Of a stretch of DNA of 64,000 nt, positions 11,232 to 24,260 are shown in pieces (within the stretch, counting starts at the first letter, position 1; each line of letters opens with the position of its first letter). The DNA comes from Ptychodera flava. Taxonomy: Eukaryota. Under the pieces are notes generated by a model. That model was not told where the DNA came from, did no database searches, and saw only the letters and a list, made by a program, of their open reading frames with translations. A program made the translations under genes and the position numbers. Location: assembly GCF_041260155.1 (NCBI RefSeq), contig NC_091937.1, forward strand, positions 6,576,626 to 6,640,625, in the 5' to 3' direction.

Positions 11232-14200
11232 CTGTAAAAAAGAATGTCAAAATTTAGCTACAATTTCAGGATTAAAATACTAGAACATGAGGAGATTTCG
11301 AGAGTCAGGATTCAGGATAGCATAAACGGACAATTCTTCAACTTGAGGCTCTTACCCACTCATTGCCTTTGAAACTTGCTGTAATTTGTTGATATTCAGA
11401 TTCAAGTATGAAATGAAATTACTCAGTCAGTTTGAACTTTATTCAAGCAAAACCCTTCCCCATACAATCCACTTTAAATTTAAAGTGTCGTTAGGCATCG
11501 TCAATCTTTTGATGCTGCCCTATACAGCACTGGTATAACTTTAACACATCCATCACAATGATTCATATTTGCTTGAATGAATGGTAGATAGTGTCCTGCC
11601 ACACAAATTGAAACAAAACAGCTAAACTACCATGTTGAGTGGCAAATGGGTCAGTGACACTACAGTACAGCCTGGGACGAACCCTCCCCTATTCAACAGT
11701 AGTCTAGTATTGATACTTAAGCGTTCCTACACAACACACAGTGAGTCAGTGATCCATCAAGTTAACAAAATGCAATACACACTGAGGTCAGAATGATACC
11801 TGGCTCCTCCCACACCAAAGGAGTTTTTTCAAGCTCTTCATTATCCTGTCAAAGTTTGCGTACATTTTTTTCACCTGAAGAGATGCTTACAAAGTCAATA
11901 CTTTATTAGTGAGAAAAAGAACAGTATATCTTCGTAACTCCAATACATATACTGCTACCGTAATAAGTAGCATCTGATGAAACCATACAAAATTCACTCC
12001 TTAATTTGACTGCTTGAAATAAATCCTAAACATAGTCCGAAAGTCTCTCCAAGAACAATTCAACTAATTGATACAAAATGACCCTACGCATGCCATCATA
12101 CTTTTCGAAATCTACTGATGACATATGCTACACATCGTGATACACCCTATATCTGACAAAAAACTCAATAAGTTACCAACCATGTGATTATTGTACTGTT
12201 ATACAGACCCCTGGATGTTTTTGTAATCTGTAAAAGCTGTCACTTGAAGAATTCTTCACACAATCACAATGACACCAAGTTGACAATACTAACACACACT
12301 TCTTACATGTAACAAGCAGACCTATTGAATGACCACAGCTACTAAAAGTTCACATGATGGACAACAATTTTAATGTTCTCCAGGTAATGAGCTAAAAAAT
12401 GGGAGGTGGTAACGCAACAAAGACTCTATTCTAAAAGTAGAACAGCATAGATTTCCAAATCCTCTGGGATCAATCCCACAATGGAAGACATTTACATTGT
12501 AGCGTACATTCAAACGCTTTGATTATTACTGTCATAAATTTTCCAAAACCCCAAGCACACATGCTTTGGACAGAGGCCAAGATCTTTATGGACCTTTAAA
12601 CTGTAAATGTGTACGCCATGCCAAGCTTTGCAACAAATTAACCCAACATGAAAAATCTTGGAGTAGAATCATACTTTTTTGATTTAATAAATTGCTAATT
12701 GATATTACTACCGATTTGAAAACAATCATATATAAGGAATCTATTGTAATTCTTCTATGCGATGCTACAATCACAGCGAAGGGAAATTCAAATTTGTCAG
12801 TAAACTTTTCAAGATCTATTCATAACATCTGCGATTTTAAGAACTACTGCATATCATTTAATCTCAATATTGCAAATATTAAATAGCAGCACAACATTAA
12901 CATCAGTAAAATCATATTCTTTTACTGATGTATCATTAATAGAATTAAATGTCAATCAATTTGGTAAATCTATTGCTCACTAAATTATACAATCATCAGC
13001 ACAGTCTTGACATTACCAAATTACTGACCAAAATTGACAAATCAATGATTTTTGGTATGTGGAGTAATGCTATTGTTGAACAGGTTTGTGTTCATGTTAG
13101 CTGGATGTCTTGACAATGGTGATCTCCTATGTGCAGTGACCTAAAACACAAACGGCGGCGTTCATTTCCTTATCAACCCATTGTGATATCAACAACATGT
13201 GAAATCAGTCAGGTTTACACATAAACTATATCTGAATGGTAGATTTGACTCAAAGGACTGATCTATTTTGATAATTTTTACTTCATTAATTTGCTACACT
13301 GTTACAATGTACACCAAGAACTGCACAGGGCAACCAAAACATGTCCTGCGACTCCCATGGTGACCTATACACACCGCTACAGCAGGTATGTCACTGCACT
13401 GCTATAGTGCTATGTACCCATGCTGTCAAAGCAACAGATCAGATATGTGTGGTTCTTCTCTGCTTTGACACTCTGATCACACAAAATACAGAATATTTGG
13501 CTTACCCCTGGTATCCTGGAGGCTGGTACAGCACACTAGCAATCCAGAGTGTTTGAGGTCACTCTATAACGGCCAGTATGCGTCTCGCGTCTGATCAAAA
13601 ATATTTGATTGAGAGCAACAATGCAATGGCTGACAGTTTCAGGCTTTGAATTGACTCTCATTTGCATCACAAAACACAAGATGGCTGCCATGACCAGCAT
13701 AAGGTAGCTTCCAGGGTTGTTACGGAAACTTTTGTTATGCAAATTAATGTGACTCTTATGGTAATTTAAAGGTTGTACCTCCAGACAAGGTGACCTCTGA
13801 ACTTTTGTGCACGATTCAGACTTAAAAATTTCTGTTCTACTTCTACCATGTCTCTCTTCTTGAATAAGAATTATCAACACTCAGTGTATTATATCATAAT
13901 ATTTTCTTTGAGTGCCAAGAATTGTCAAGACGTATTTTCTAAAGGAATGTCATGAGCCTATGGTTACCACTTTAAGGGACAAAATGTTTGCATTGGTCGC
14001 GTTGTATGTACTGGCTGTATAAAAGTTTAAAGGTCACATCAGAGGAGAAGCTATTACCATAGAAATGGTGTGATCTAAAAAGTGCCTGACCCACACTAAT
14101 TGGTAACACTGTCCATGATTTAGTAGACATTTACTGAAATTGTCGGTGTAAAGACTAGCGAAGATGGCTGGCAGAAATTTGAAGGAAAGCAGTTTGGCTG

Positions 14201-16599
14201 AACACTGGCATGGTGTTCTAAGCCCTCCCTCACTGATGCATGAAATGCATGTATCCATTTACAAGGCATGACACTGGGACATGCTCCAACACATTCTTCA
14301 CAATCTCAACATGTACACAGGTAGTATCAGGGGACAAAGTATGCTCTAAAACAAACAAAGAAACCAAATTAAAACCAATGCATACCATCAGGTGCCTCAC
14401 AAATATACCACACACATTAACCAACTCACTGCTCAAAAAATAGTACTATTACACTGGTATGAAATACTATTGGGAGAATAAACATTTGCATTTCAGCCTG
14501 CATAAAATTCACTACCTTGGCCATTTCCCTGACAAAAGATCAATTTACAACAATAGCACATGTATAAAGTCAATTTCCATACTGGAAGTCATTTCAATGC
14601 CCCAGACTTTTCCAACTTTGACTTTTTTTTCATATAGAAGGCAAATCATACCTCTTAATTCATCTTCTGGTTTGCGGATTGGCATAAACATTTCACCAAA
14701 GTCCTCCAAAATCTCCCACAGAATGATACAAATCCCCTCGCATCGGCCAAGCACGACCCCTGCTCTGTCTATTGGGCTTTAATTTCAAAGCAAGCCAAAA
14801 CTCATGCCGATCTATTTGCACAAGGTCATGTGACCAAACCAAACTGGTTGACACCTTATAGCTATGTTTGGGTGGTTGGCCTTTTGTCAAGTTTTTTCTT
14901 TGTTCAAAAAAAGAAATGGCAAATTGCCAAATTACTTGCACATTCAAACTTTAAAGTATAATTTCCTGAGTTTGTTGGCTTTTTGAAAAAGAATTAGGCT
15001 TTGCATCTTCTCTTTATTTTGAAGAAGAAATGTTGTTGTTTGATTTCAGACGAAGTGTAAAACTTTCATCAATTTGCCTTTTGTAGTCTAAGAGTTGTTA
15101 ATTTTTTGCTCTTTTAAATTTGCTTATTTTCAAATTTCACAACTCCGATTTTCAAGATTTACAAATTGTTTCATGTATAACATCCAAGCTTTTTCAAAAC
15201 AAACATTTAAAAATAAATCAAGAATAAACAAGTCTGAGGACAATTTTGACTAAAATAATCCACAAGCATGTCAAAATTAGGGCTGATAACTTGTTGCCCG
15301 GCAATGAGAGATGTAAGAAGAATTTCACCTTTTAGAAGTTCTCACCTTTGACATATCTGGATCAAGTAATTTGTTGGTGTTGTGTATTATATAGATTTCA
15401 TGCTCAGGTCTTGAAGAGTTACAAATTGGAATACTGTACCAGGCCAATTACCGTATAGTGTAGAGAATTTCGATAGCTGATAAAACTGACTTCAAAATGT
15501 TCATCACTTTAAACTGTTTCGGAGTTGCTCAGATATCAGATTCAAACATGCATCAAACCATAGTCCCTCCAACACTGTGGTCAAACCAATCTACTGTGCC
15601 TTCATTCTCTCTCAATTTGGAATAACCATTGTTATGCATCCAGGCCAGACAACTTCACAGGAATAATCAGGGGTGGACAACGTCCACTATGAAAACTTGC
15701 TGCAGCAAGATGATCTTGATCAACCAAACAATCGACAAGTTCAAAATTTGTAAGACCAAAGTTGTCATTCTGCTCCTTTGCTTCATTGATAATGCACAGT
15801 AAGTGAGGCTACCCACAATTCTCCATGATCTGTACACACGGAGATCACTCACTGAAATGAAGCAAATTTCTTCTGTACACAGAACAACTCAGTCCACATT
15901 TCAAAATTCTGGCAACATAGTTCTGATTATCATAATTTTCTGATTTCTCACTGTGAATAATGAGAAGATCAACCCTTTTCCGCGGAGGAGATAGCATTTT
16001 GTAATTTGTCGACATAGATTTTTGACAGCCATACACAATATTTTCAAGGAAACTAAGGGAATAAGTTGTATCTGTGTTGGCAAAAGAAAGGGTATTGATT
16101 TTTTTTAATGTTCGTAACAAAGGAAATTTGCATGTCTGACAGGTGGTATGATGAGACCATCTTAGTTGCTGATAACTTTATCTTGACAAGTGTGCAATTT
16201 TTAGCACCTCCAAACACCGACTTCTCATTCAATTTACTCTTGAATTTTAAACATAATCAATAATTTTGGAACATAGTTTTAAAAAATAATCCTGAACTTA
16301 AATTGTAAATTAAAAATTGTTAAGAAACTGATAAAATTGAAAAAGCCTTTAGCAAAAAATGTCTGAGTGAACAAATCAAGGGGAATTGTGGGTAGCCTCA
16401 CTTACTGTGTAATGGTTTAATCCTATTCTTTGCTTTCACGGTCATTCCATTTTACAAGAGAGCAGGAGGGGTCCATTTTGACTTTGAAGAAGTGATTTAG
16501 AAGGCCTCCTCAAGGCAAAGTATCTGGCATGACATGAATTTTTTATCAACTTTTGCATACAATGAATAGATAGAAGCTTCTTTTAGATCTAGGAATATA

Positions 16600-16725
16600 A
16601 GCACGTGGAGTGGGAACCCTGGTAAAATTCTGTTGTATGTTCCCTTATATGTAAAATAACTGAAGGGGGGGGGGGGGGGCTCCTGGGATACTAGTCCTCA
16701 CAAAAACACTGTGACTGTGTATTAT
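16600..16725. repeat. Dispersed repeat copy (GGGAACCCTGGTAAAAT ... ACAAAAACACTG family) containing a 15-nt poly-G (16665-16679).
   Basis: Shares gggaaccctggtaaaat and cacaaaaacactg with the copy at 33650-33815. Confidence 0.45.
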
Positions 16726-17532
16726 CAGTATGTTACCATGACAACTGACCAAAATGAATTAGTTCATGTTTACGAATGACTGAAAAGCCTGTAGCAATTG
16801 ATGAAAATCCTTAAACAACACCTGATACTGGATAGGGCTTTAGCTTTTAAAAGTGTTCAAGTTTGCCTAAGGCTCCAAGAAATGCATCTGACAATTTTAT
16901 ACAGTAATCCATTCATTTGGCAACTTGATAGAAAATCCTGCTATGCCCTGTGGTAAGAAATAGACCCTACAATCAACAAGTTTCACATCACCACTAGTCA
17001 AAGTATTTGCATAATATTGCATATACAATACACTGCCTTAACTTCAGAGTAAAAGCTATGTGCTGCATTTAGACTAGAGTTTAAAGATATCGCAACAAAC
17101 CTGAAAAGCATAATTTTTTGTGTGAAAACATACCAGCAACCTTACTGTGTCATTTTTGAAGATTTAGAAACGATGTAAAATTTCACATTAAAAGGGGAAG
17201 TCATCTTCTGAATGTTATTACGTTGCTAAAATGGGGGTAGACATCCAAGTTTTGTATCTAGGTTTTACACATAAAGGTTGTGAGATTCAAGTGTAATTTA
17301 TCAATGATAAGAAGACTACGAGATGTCACCTCTCTGTAAGGTTACAATCCTAACACAGCAAAACAGTGTTATATTCTAATTTCAAAAATGTAAGCAACAT
17401 AAGAGTCACATTTACACATACTTCATATGGATTTGGCTTTTTTCCAATTTGGATGAATATTGAATTACAAATGAATGGGGGCTTTTGCTAGTAGTTTTGT
17501 TGTACTACCTGTTGGTACACTTATCACTATTA

Positions 17533-20150
17533 CAGGGATGCTCAGCGGAAAGTAGACGATGAGATTAAATGATACCTTACTCAATTACTAATTTACATCA
17601 GACACTTTATTTCTAAAATTACACTAGTACCTCACAATATTGCTTGCGAGCGGCAAGTTCTCAAAGACAAGAATAACAAATACCAGACCTAAATGATAAC
17701 AGTCGCTTGCCTGCTTCTCTGCCGACACGAGTGCCTTATCTCTTTCCACTGGTTTATTGCCGTAATCTTATACCACGATACTAATTACACAGCGACAAAA
17801 AGACAACTGTAGTTCTTGCTGAAGAAGTATAAAAGAGTATTTCTCGCGGGGAATCTAGCTCTGCCATAGCGGTGACGGTCTGTGACATTAGCAGTGACAC
17901 GTGTTTTGTCAATTTGGTACAACTTTTTGATGATAAAAATCTTTACTAAAGAGGCCTTTAGGTTACCAAAAATAAACACCATCGACGCGATTGTCGATGG
18001 CACCTAAACCTTGTAAGAGTGAATAGTATTTTTTATTTAGGAGGGTGATCTCAAATATATTCGTGAATGCATCTTCCAAAAGTGAAGTATATACGAAAGT
18101 GAAAGCAACAAATTTGTTCGAACTGGGTATTGTCAGTACTCCCTAACTAGCTTATATACAGTGCAGCTTACGCAGTACAGAGGTATGTAAGAGTGCCTTC
18201 AACAGCATACTCCGAGTTCAAAAACCGAGTCGGACTTGCGTACTCCGAGTAAAACTGCTTACTCGGACATGTATACTCCGAGTGCACTCGGAGTTGAATA
18301 CGCCGAGTTACACTTGCTTATAGAAAAACAATGCTGAAAAACAGAGGAAATATTCGATCTTGTGATAAAAATTTGCAAACAGTATATACAGTACATGTAC
18401 TTTCAGTCGCTCAGAGAAAAGAGTTGTTAACGCGATCTTTCTGATCTCTGATCTGTGTAAAATACCATCCTGTAGCCTACAACACGCTCAAGTCATTGTC
18501 GTTGTCGAGTGTAGCTACCTTCACGTAAATTATTAGTTTGTCTTGTCTTTTCGTTTCATTACCGGATCAGATCCTGATTTGATACATGAATTGAAATGGG
18601 CACAACAACGTTTCATGATCACCGCGATGCATCGCGGCGAATTACATGTATTAGAACACGGACGCCATTATCGAATGACCTGTCGACCTGTGACGTCATG
18701 GCCTTGGTTTGCTAGCGTTGTGAGGCCATGATAGACTTGCCCAAACATTTTAGGCATATTTATGTCTTGATAAAATAATTAAACTAATAATTTTTCAAAA
18801 TAAAATGAGCACAGTGCGCTCGTGTATAGTATGAACCCAGTGCGAGTGACCACTTGGTCGTAAATAATGACCTGACTTGACCTGTGATGTCATGCATTTA
18901 TTTTGCTAATGAAACTGTGCGATATCTAACTGAATAACTGGCTGGACTTGCCTGAAGTTTATTGGCTTTACTGTAAATGTTACGTCTAAGTCATCTTTCA
19001 AAAAACTTCGCTGCTGGCCGTGGCAGCAGCTTTCTTCTGAGGGTAAAATCTCGGTCGCTCTTTGTGGAGGGACCGTGGTTAAAATTGCGCAACAGATTAC
19101 AAGACATCGTGAAAATGAAATTCTTTTTTTTCAAAAGAGCAGATTTTCGACATATCGATCCGCGCTAGCCGTAAACTCCGTGAGTAATAAAATACCTTTT
19201 TTCGACAGATCGTTTCTTGACCGGTATGGCAAAATATGCATTTATAGGAACACGTATCGGCATATTCAAGTCCGAGTAGGCCATGTACTCGGAGTAGGCC
19301 TATACAAGTCCGAGTAGGCCATGTACTCGGAGTATACAAGTCCGAGTAAGCAGTTTTACTCGGAGTATGCAAGTCCGAGTACTCGGACTTGCAAGTCCGA
19401 CTCGGTTTTGGAACTCGGAGTGTATGGTTTGAGATACTCCTACAAATTAGTCACATGTAAAAACAACTTGCGTGCATGCCTGGCTAGCCTTTCAAAAAGT
19501 TTATTTTCTAGCTACGTATGTTGCAAAATTGGTTTTGATCATTTTGAGTGAAACAGCTTCTGAACCCTTGACTTGAATGCTAGGCGCTCTCTGATCTTTG
19601 ACCCAATCGGATCAGCATAATTTATAGATCTTTTTCGTCAGACACATTAGCAGAGCGTATTGTGATTTTGCAACAAAGTGTTTAGATTGATACTTTTAAT
19701 AGTTTGACGTTCAGAGGTCGTGAACTTGTTACAAAGTGTGTCCACTGTTACAGTATAGTAGTCATTTTGAAAAAAAAATCAATTTGTTTGAACTCGTGAC
19801 GACTGCTCAGTACTCAACATCGCGTCCGCGTCGGCCGGTCTACCCCGGCGATGACGTTCATTTCAGCAAGAACTACAGTTGTCTTTTTGTCGCTGTGTAA
19901 TTAGTATCGTGGTATAAGATTACGGCAATAACCAGTGGAAAGAGATAAGGCACTCATGTCGGCAGAGAAGCAGGCAAGCGACTGTTATCATTTAGGTCTG
20001 GTATTTGTTATTCTTGTCTTTGAGAACTTGCCGCTCGCAAGCAATATTGTGAGGTACTAGTGTACTTTTAGAAATAAAGTGTCTGATGTAAATTGGTAAT
20101 TGAGTAAGGTATCATTTATCTCATCGTCTACTTTCCGCTGAGCATCCCTG
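17533..20150. mobile_element. Non-autonomous Tc1/mariner-like DNA transposon (2618 bp) with ~290-bp terminal inverted repeats and a TA target-site duplication.
   Basis: Left terminus TA|CAGGGATGCTCAGCGGAAAGTAGACGATGAGATTAAATGATACC... at 17533. The right terminus is its reverse complement, ending ...CCGCTGAGCATCCCTG|TA at 20150. TIRs span 17533-~17826 and ~19858-20150. Internal sub-terminal inverted repeats rich in ACTCGGAGT/ACTCCGAGT (18180-18300 versus 19255-19450). No ORF above 90 codons, hence non-autonomous. Confidence 0.75.
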
Positions 20151-20289
20151 TAAAGCACCATGCATAACACAATGGCTTGTTCCACTGATTTTAGGCTTAC
20201 ACCCCATTTCCCAATGCAGAGATCCAACTTTTTCATACAAAACAAGGAGTACACCAAACTTTGATGATGACAGGGTTTTGGAATATACC

Positions 20290-20565
20290 AGCAAGTCCTC
20301 TACAATAATTAATTATATTATAATTATTTTCTCCATCATTCCATGGGTCAAAAACTCTTTTATAGGATGAGGTATAATTATGTAATCCATCCAATTGAGC
20401 AACCGGGAATAAAACGCCCTGTTCAAGGGCACAACATCAAACTCCAGATTTGAACACACCATCCCCTGATCAGTGTTGATAGTGAGTTTGCTTTTCTGGT
20501 CTCAAACTCACCAACCTTTGATCATGAGTCTGCTAGCCTATCCACTGAGCCATGATACCTCCTCA
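20290..20565 (-). mobile_element. tRNA-related SINE (minus orientation).
   Basis: On the minus strand: an A-box-like TGGCTCAGTGG and a B-box-like GGTGTGTTCAAATCTGG, followed by GCCCTTGAACAGGGCGTTTTATTCCCGGTTGCTCAATTGG, which resembles conserved SINE body domains. AT-rich tail. Confidence 0.5.
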
Positions 20566-23500
20566 AATCTGTTAGAGCCATGCTTCTTTGCTGATATTTA
20601 AACACAGTTCATACAATTTGCATGCATGATAATTTCAAACATAATTTGCTGAAGAGGCAATGGTTGTGAGTAAAAAACATAAACTTAATAATTTTACACA
20701 ATTACAAAATTGAAGATTCTCTTTTTCATTTTTGTGAGATTGAAAATCACAGAAATCAAAGAAAATTCCCATTTACACACGGTAAATACTGTCATTTTTC
20801 ATCCAACATAAATTGAGACTATCATATTTGTTTGAAAGTATAATGCTATTTCAACATGTAACAAGGATTTTTCAATGGAATCATTTCTCTTCTCGAACTA
20901 GAAATGAATCTGATTGTGTAATGTTCATATGCTACAGCAAAGAATCTGACATATATATCCAAAATGTACAAGACATACAGAATTTAAGATTAAATTAATT
21001 TTGTTTGATAGCAGTGTTATTCCTGATATTTATCATGAACTGCTCAGTTTTCACCAATATGGGCAACAAAATTTAGCTTTTAGCATCTCTGATAGGGTAT
21101 AAATCTCTCGACTCTCTCGGTAAACATCGTGTGGCATGAGAAAATTAAATTCTATATCAGTATACTGCATTTTCACCCTATAGCTACAGTAGTATCATAT
21201 CTGTGTAATATCTCCTCATCATTGTTACACCATGCTGAGGTGTGGATTTTTAAATCACAAGTACTTGGCAGCCAGCCAAACTCATTCAACAGATCCATGA
21301 ACAGGATTAATCTGGTACCCTAACCTACTGTGATTCCACTCTGCTGTCAGATTACTTTTGGATTAAAATGAGACATCTAGATCGTGAATCCATGCTAATT
21401 TGATGATCATATATCAATTTTCTACAAAAAAAATCTATTCCAGCCTTGGATTGATTACAATAGAGCAGTTTGACTATTAGGATACAAGACTTTGAAATTT
21501 GACACCAAGCCATTCAAACACTATTGTCTACCTGCGGAACTAATGTACAAAATATATTTCAAGAAAATGTGTACGACTTTTGTATTTGATTGAAATAAAG
21601 CAACACTTGGAAACAAAATATCTTTGAAGAAAGCAGAAGAAACTGTGTGATGAAATAAAACGATAGGTGATTGGAATTCACTGATAGACATTGTGAAGAA
21701 AAACAAAGTTTACACCGTAAAGCATGTCTTGACACATCTCATCTGCCCAATGCAAATATCATTGTGTGAACAGCAATCAATGCTATCCAGTATCCAAGAT
21801 AGTTTATTTCAATGAAACCAGACAATCACAATTTCTATGGCAATGTTGCCACTACAATTACCAGAACTGACAAAAAAATTCTGCATGATTTAGTTTACAC
21901 CATGTAGCAATGATGTCCCTTAAATCACGTTTCGTTCATTCATTTGTTTGTTTATACATTTTGCTGCCACTAAACCAACAAAGTCTCTTCTAAAGTAAAG
22001 ATGCACATTCTTGTGACTGTGAAATTCATTTGCTTTGGCCATTCAACAAACATGCATAACTTACCAGAAAGCTGTGACTCCATTTTTTTGCTTCAAACTA
22101 GCAACGGCAAAAAAGCTACGCCGCGGTATTCTCAGACGTGATATGCCCAAAGCCTCAGCCTTTTTAAGAAAAATCCAGGATGGAAAATTAATTGAGAAAC
22201 ACATTTTGTAGTTCTGGTCTACACAATCGCTGAACAATTACAAAGTTGCAAGCGGTTCATTTGATAGACACTATACGTTGACTTCTACATAAATGATTGA
22301 GCTACCAGGAGGAAAAATTTGTTCTACTACCTGCCCGATATAATTTCATATGTAAATTTAAGTAAGCTGTTATTGCATTTTGGAAAGCATCGCTGTAAGC
22401 TTCCAAAATCAATGGTCCCTATAATATAGAGGGACTGTGTTATCTCGTAATGCCTGCGAAGGATTTAATCTAATGCATGTATTTCACCTTGGAGTCTAAT
22501 GCAACATGAACACAGGGTTTTAATAAGTATGGTAGCTTCCAAAAATATCCCTACTATATTTGAATATGTTGCTTGGAGATAACAAAACCATGAGATATAT
22601 CATCTTCAAAGTGACACCTGAATGTATTGCTCATATCACTGAGTGATTTTTGACATACAATTAATTCCATTGTGAAGAGGGTCAAAACATCATATAGTCA
22701 ATTCTTTTAGAAAAAAAAAATTAATAACAATTCTCTTCGGCACAACAAAAACAACAATAAGAAACTAAAACTGTTGTAAACACAAGTGACATTCATCTGC
22801 TACATACCTGTCTGACACCTGATGATCAGAAAATGAGTAGAGCTATCATGACCTACAATGCAGCAATAAACAGACTTTCTCTCTATTTACATAAATTATG
22901 AATATTCAAATGAGAGTGAAAGAGAGGCTGGTAAATGAGGGAATCCCTCTACTGTGTGTGAACTAAGGTACAATAGGTTAAAGTTTAACAACTTTATGAA
23001 TACAATAAAAATGTCAATCTACACTGGAATATATCAGTCAGTAAGTTGTAATTACTCATTAGAATGATTGTTTACCGGGAATTTCCTTGAATTCTTTTGT
23101 AGTTTGAGTTCAGTTAGGCTTGATATTCAGTTTGGCTTGATACATTTTAAAGTGTGCATCATAGTATATTTGATTACAATGTGGCAACTTTTTCAAAGTA
23201 CATGAATTATGTTTATATACTAATGTAATTAAAGTGCTTTTGCGATCGGTTTTTGCTTGTCTTGCTTTTAGTGTTCTGCTTTTCCACATATATTTTCAGA
23301 GCAAATAAAACACCATTATGTATTTTCAGCAATTGATTCAACTCGATACAAAAAAATTCAAAATTAATTGATTTGATCTCTTTAAGGGTGAGTTTTGAAG
23401 TGTGCAGCATGTAAAAAGTTCTATTTAAAAGAATTTCAATATTTTGCCAAACAATTAAAATTCCCCTGTGATTAGAGGAATAAGAGGTAAAATGTTTTGA

Positions 23501-24118
23501 AAAAAATTCTTTTTTGCTAAACTGATGTTGAAAGGACCAGAATGACCATTACAATCAACAAATCTCCTTAACTGTGTACAAACAAGGACCATTTTCATTC
23601 ACTTTCAGTGTGTCTCAATATTCAACATTAGATACAAGGGAATGGGATATAAAGGCTGACTCTAGAACTTCTTTGATATTCGAACTCTCAAACTTTTACA
23701 ATTCTTTTCTGATGTACCACTTGTAGGGGTTCATTTCAAAGCCCTTTGTGTAGGAAACATTTTCACCGTCTTACTTTTTAAAAAAGTCGAAAAATTTTAT
23801 TTATCTCAAACAAGTTACCCAGGAATGGTGACTGTTTTGAATTTCAAATATTGGTAAATCTTGGGTAATTTGTTACTAGCTGCTACCAAAATTTGCATGG
23901 TGCCCCTGATTTGTATTCTTGATTTTGAAAGAGAATGATTAAAAGATTCCTTGAGGAAAGTTTGCGCAAAAGTTCAAGTCTTCACTTTCGACACACATAC
24001 TACCCTATGTTTTTTGAGGGTAGTGTGCAAAATCTTTTGAAAGATTCTAGACTACCCTCTTTTGGTTGATCTATAAGATTGAAGGATAGGCAAGTTGTAA
24101 TGCACTTGTATTATAATT

Positions 24119-24260
24119 AAGCAATAAAGCACACCCAGCGACGGTATACCACGAGATTTTGAACAGTTCACGACATATATGCACGAGCGATAGCGAGTGC
24201 ATATATGAAGTGAACTGGTGAAAATCGAGTGGTATACCGTTGCTGGGTGTGATTTATTGC
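24119..24260. repeat. Inverted repeat / hairpin (~35-bp arms, ~75-bp loop); likely MITE.
   Basis: agcaataaagcacacccagcgacggtataccac ... gtggtataccgttgctgggtgtgatttattgct. Central palindrome gcgatagcgagtgc. A second small palindrome gtggtatatcggtgatataccac lies at 24348-24372. Confidence 0.55.
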
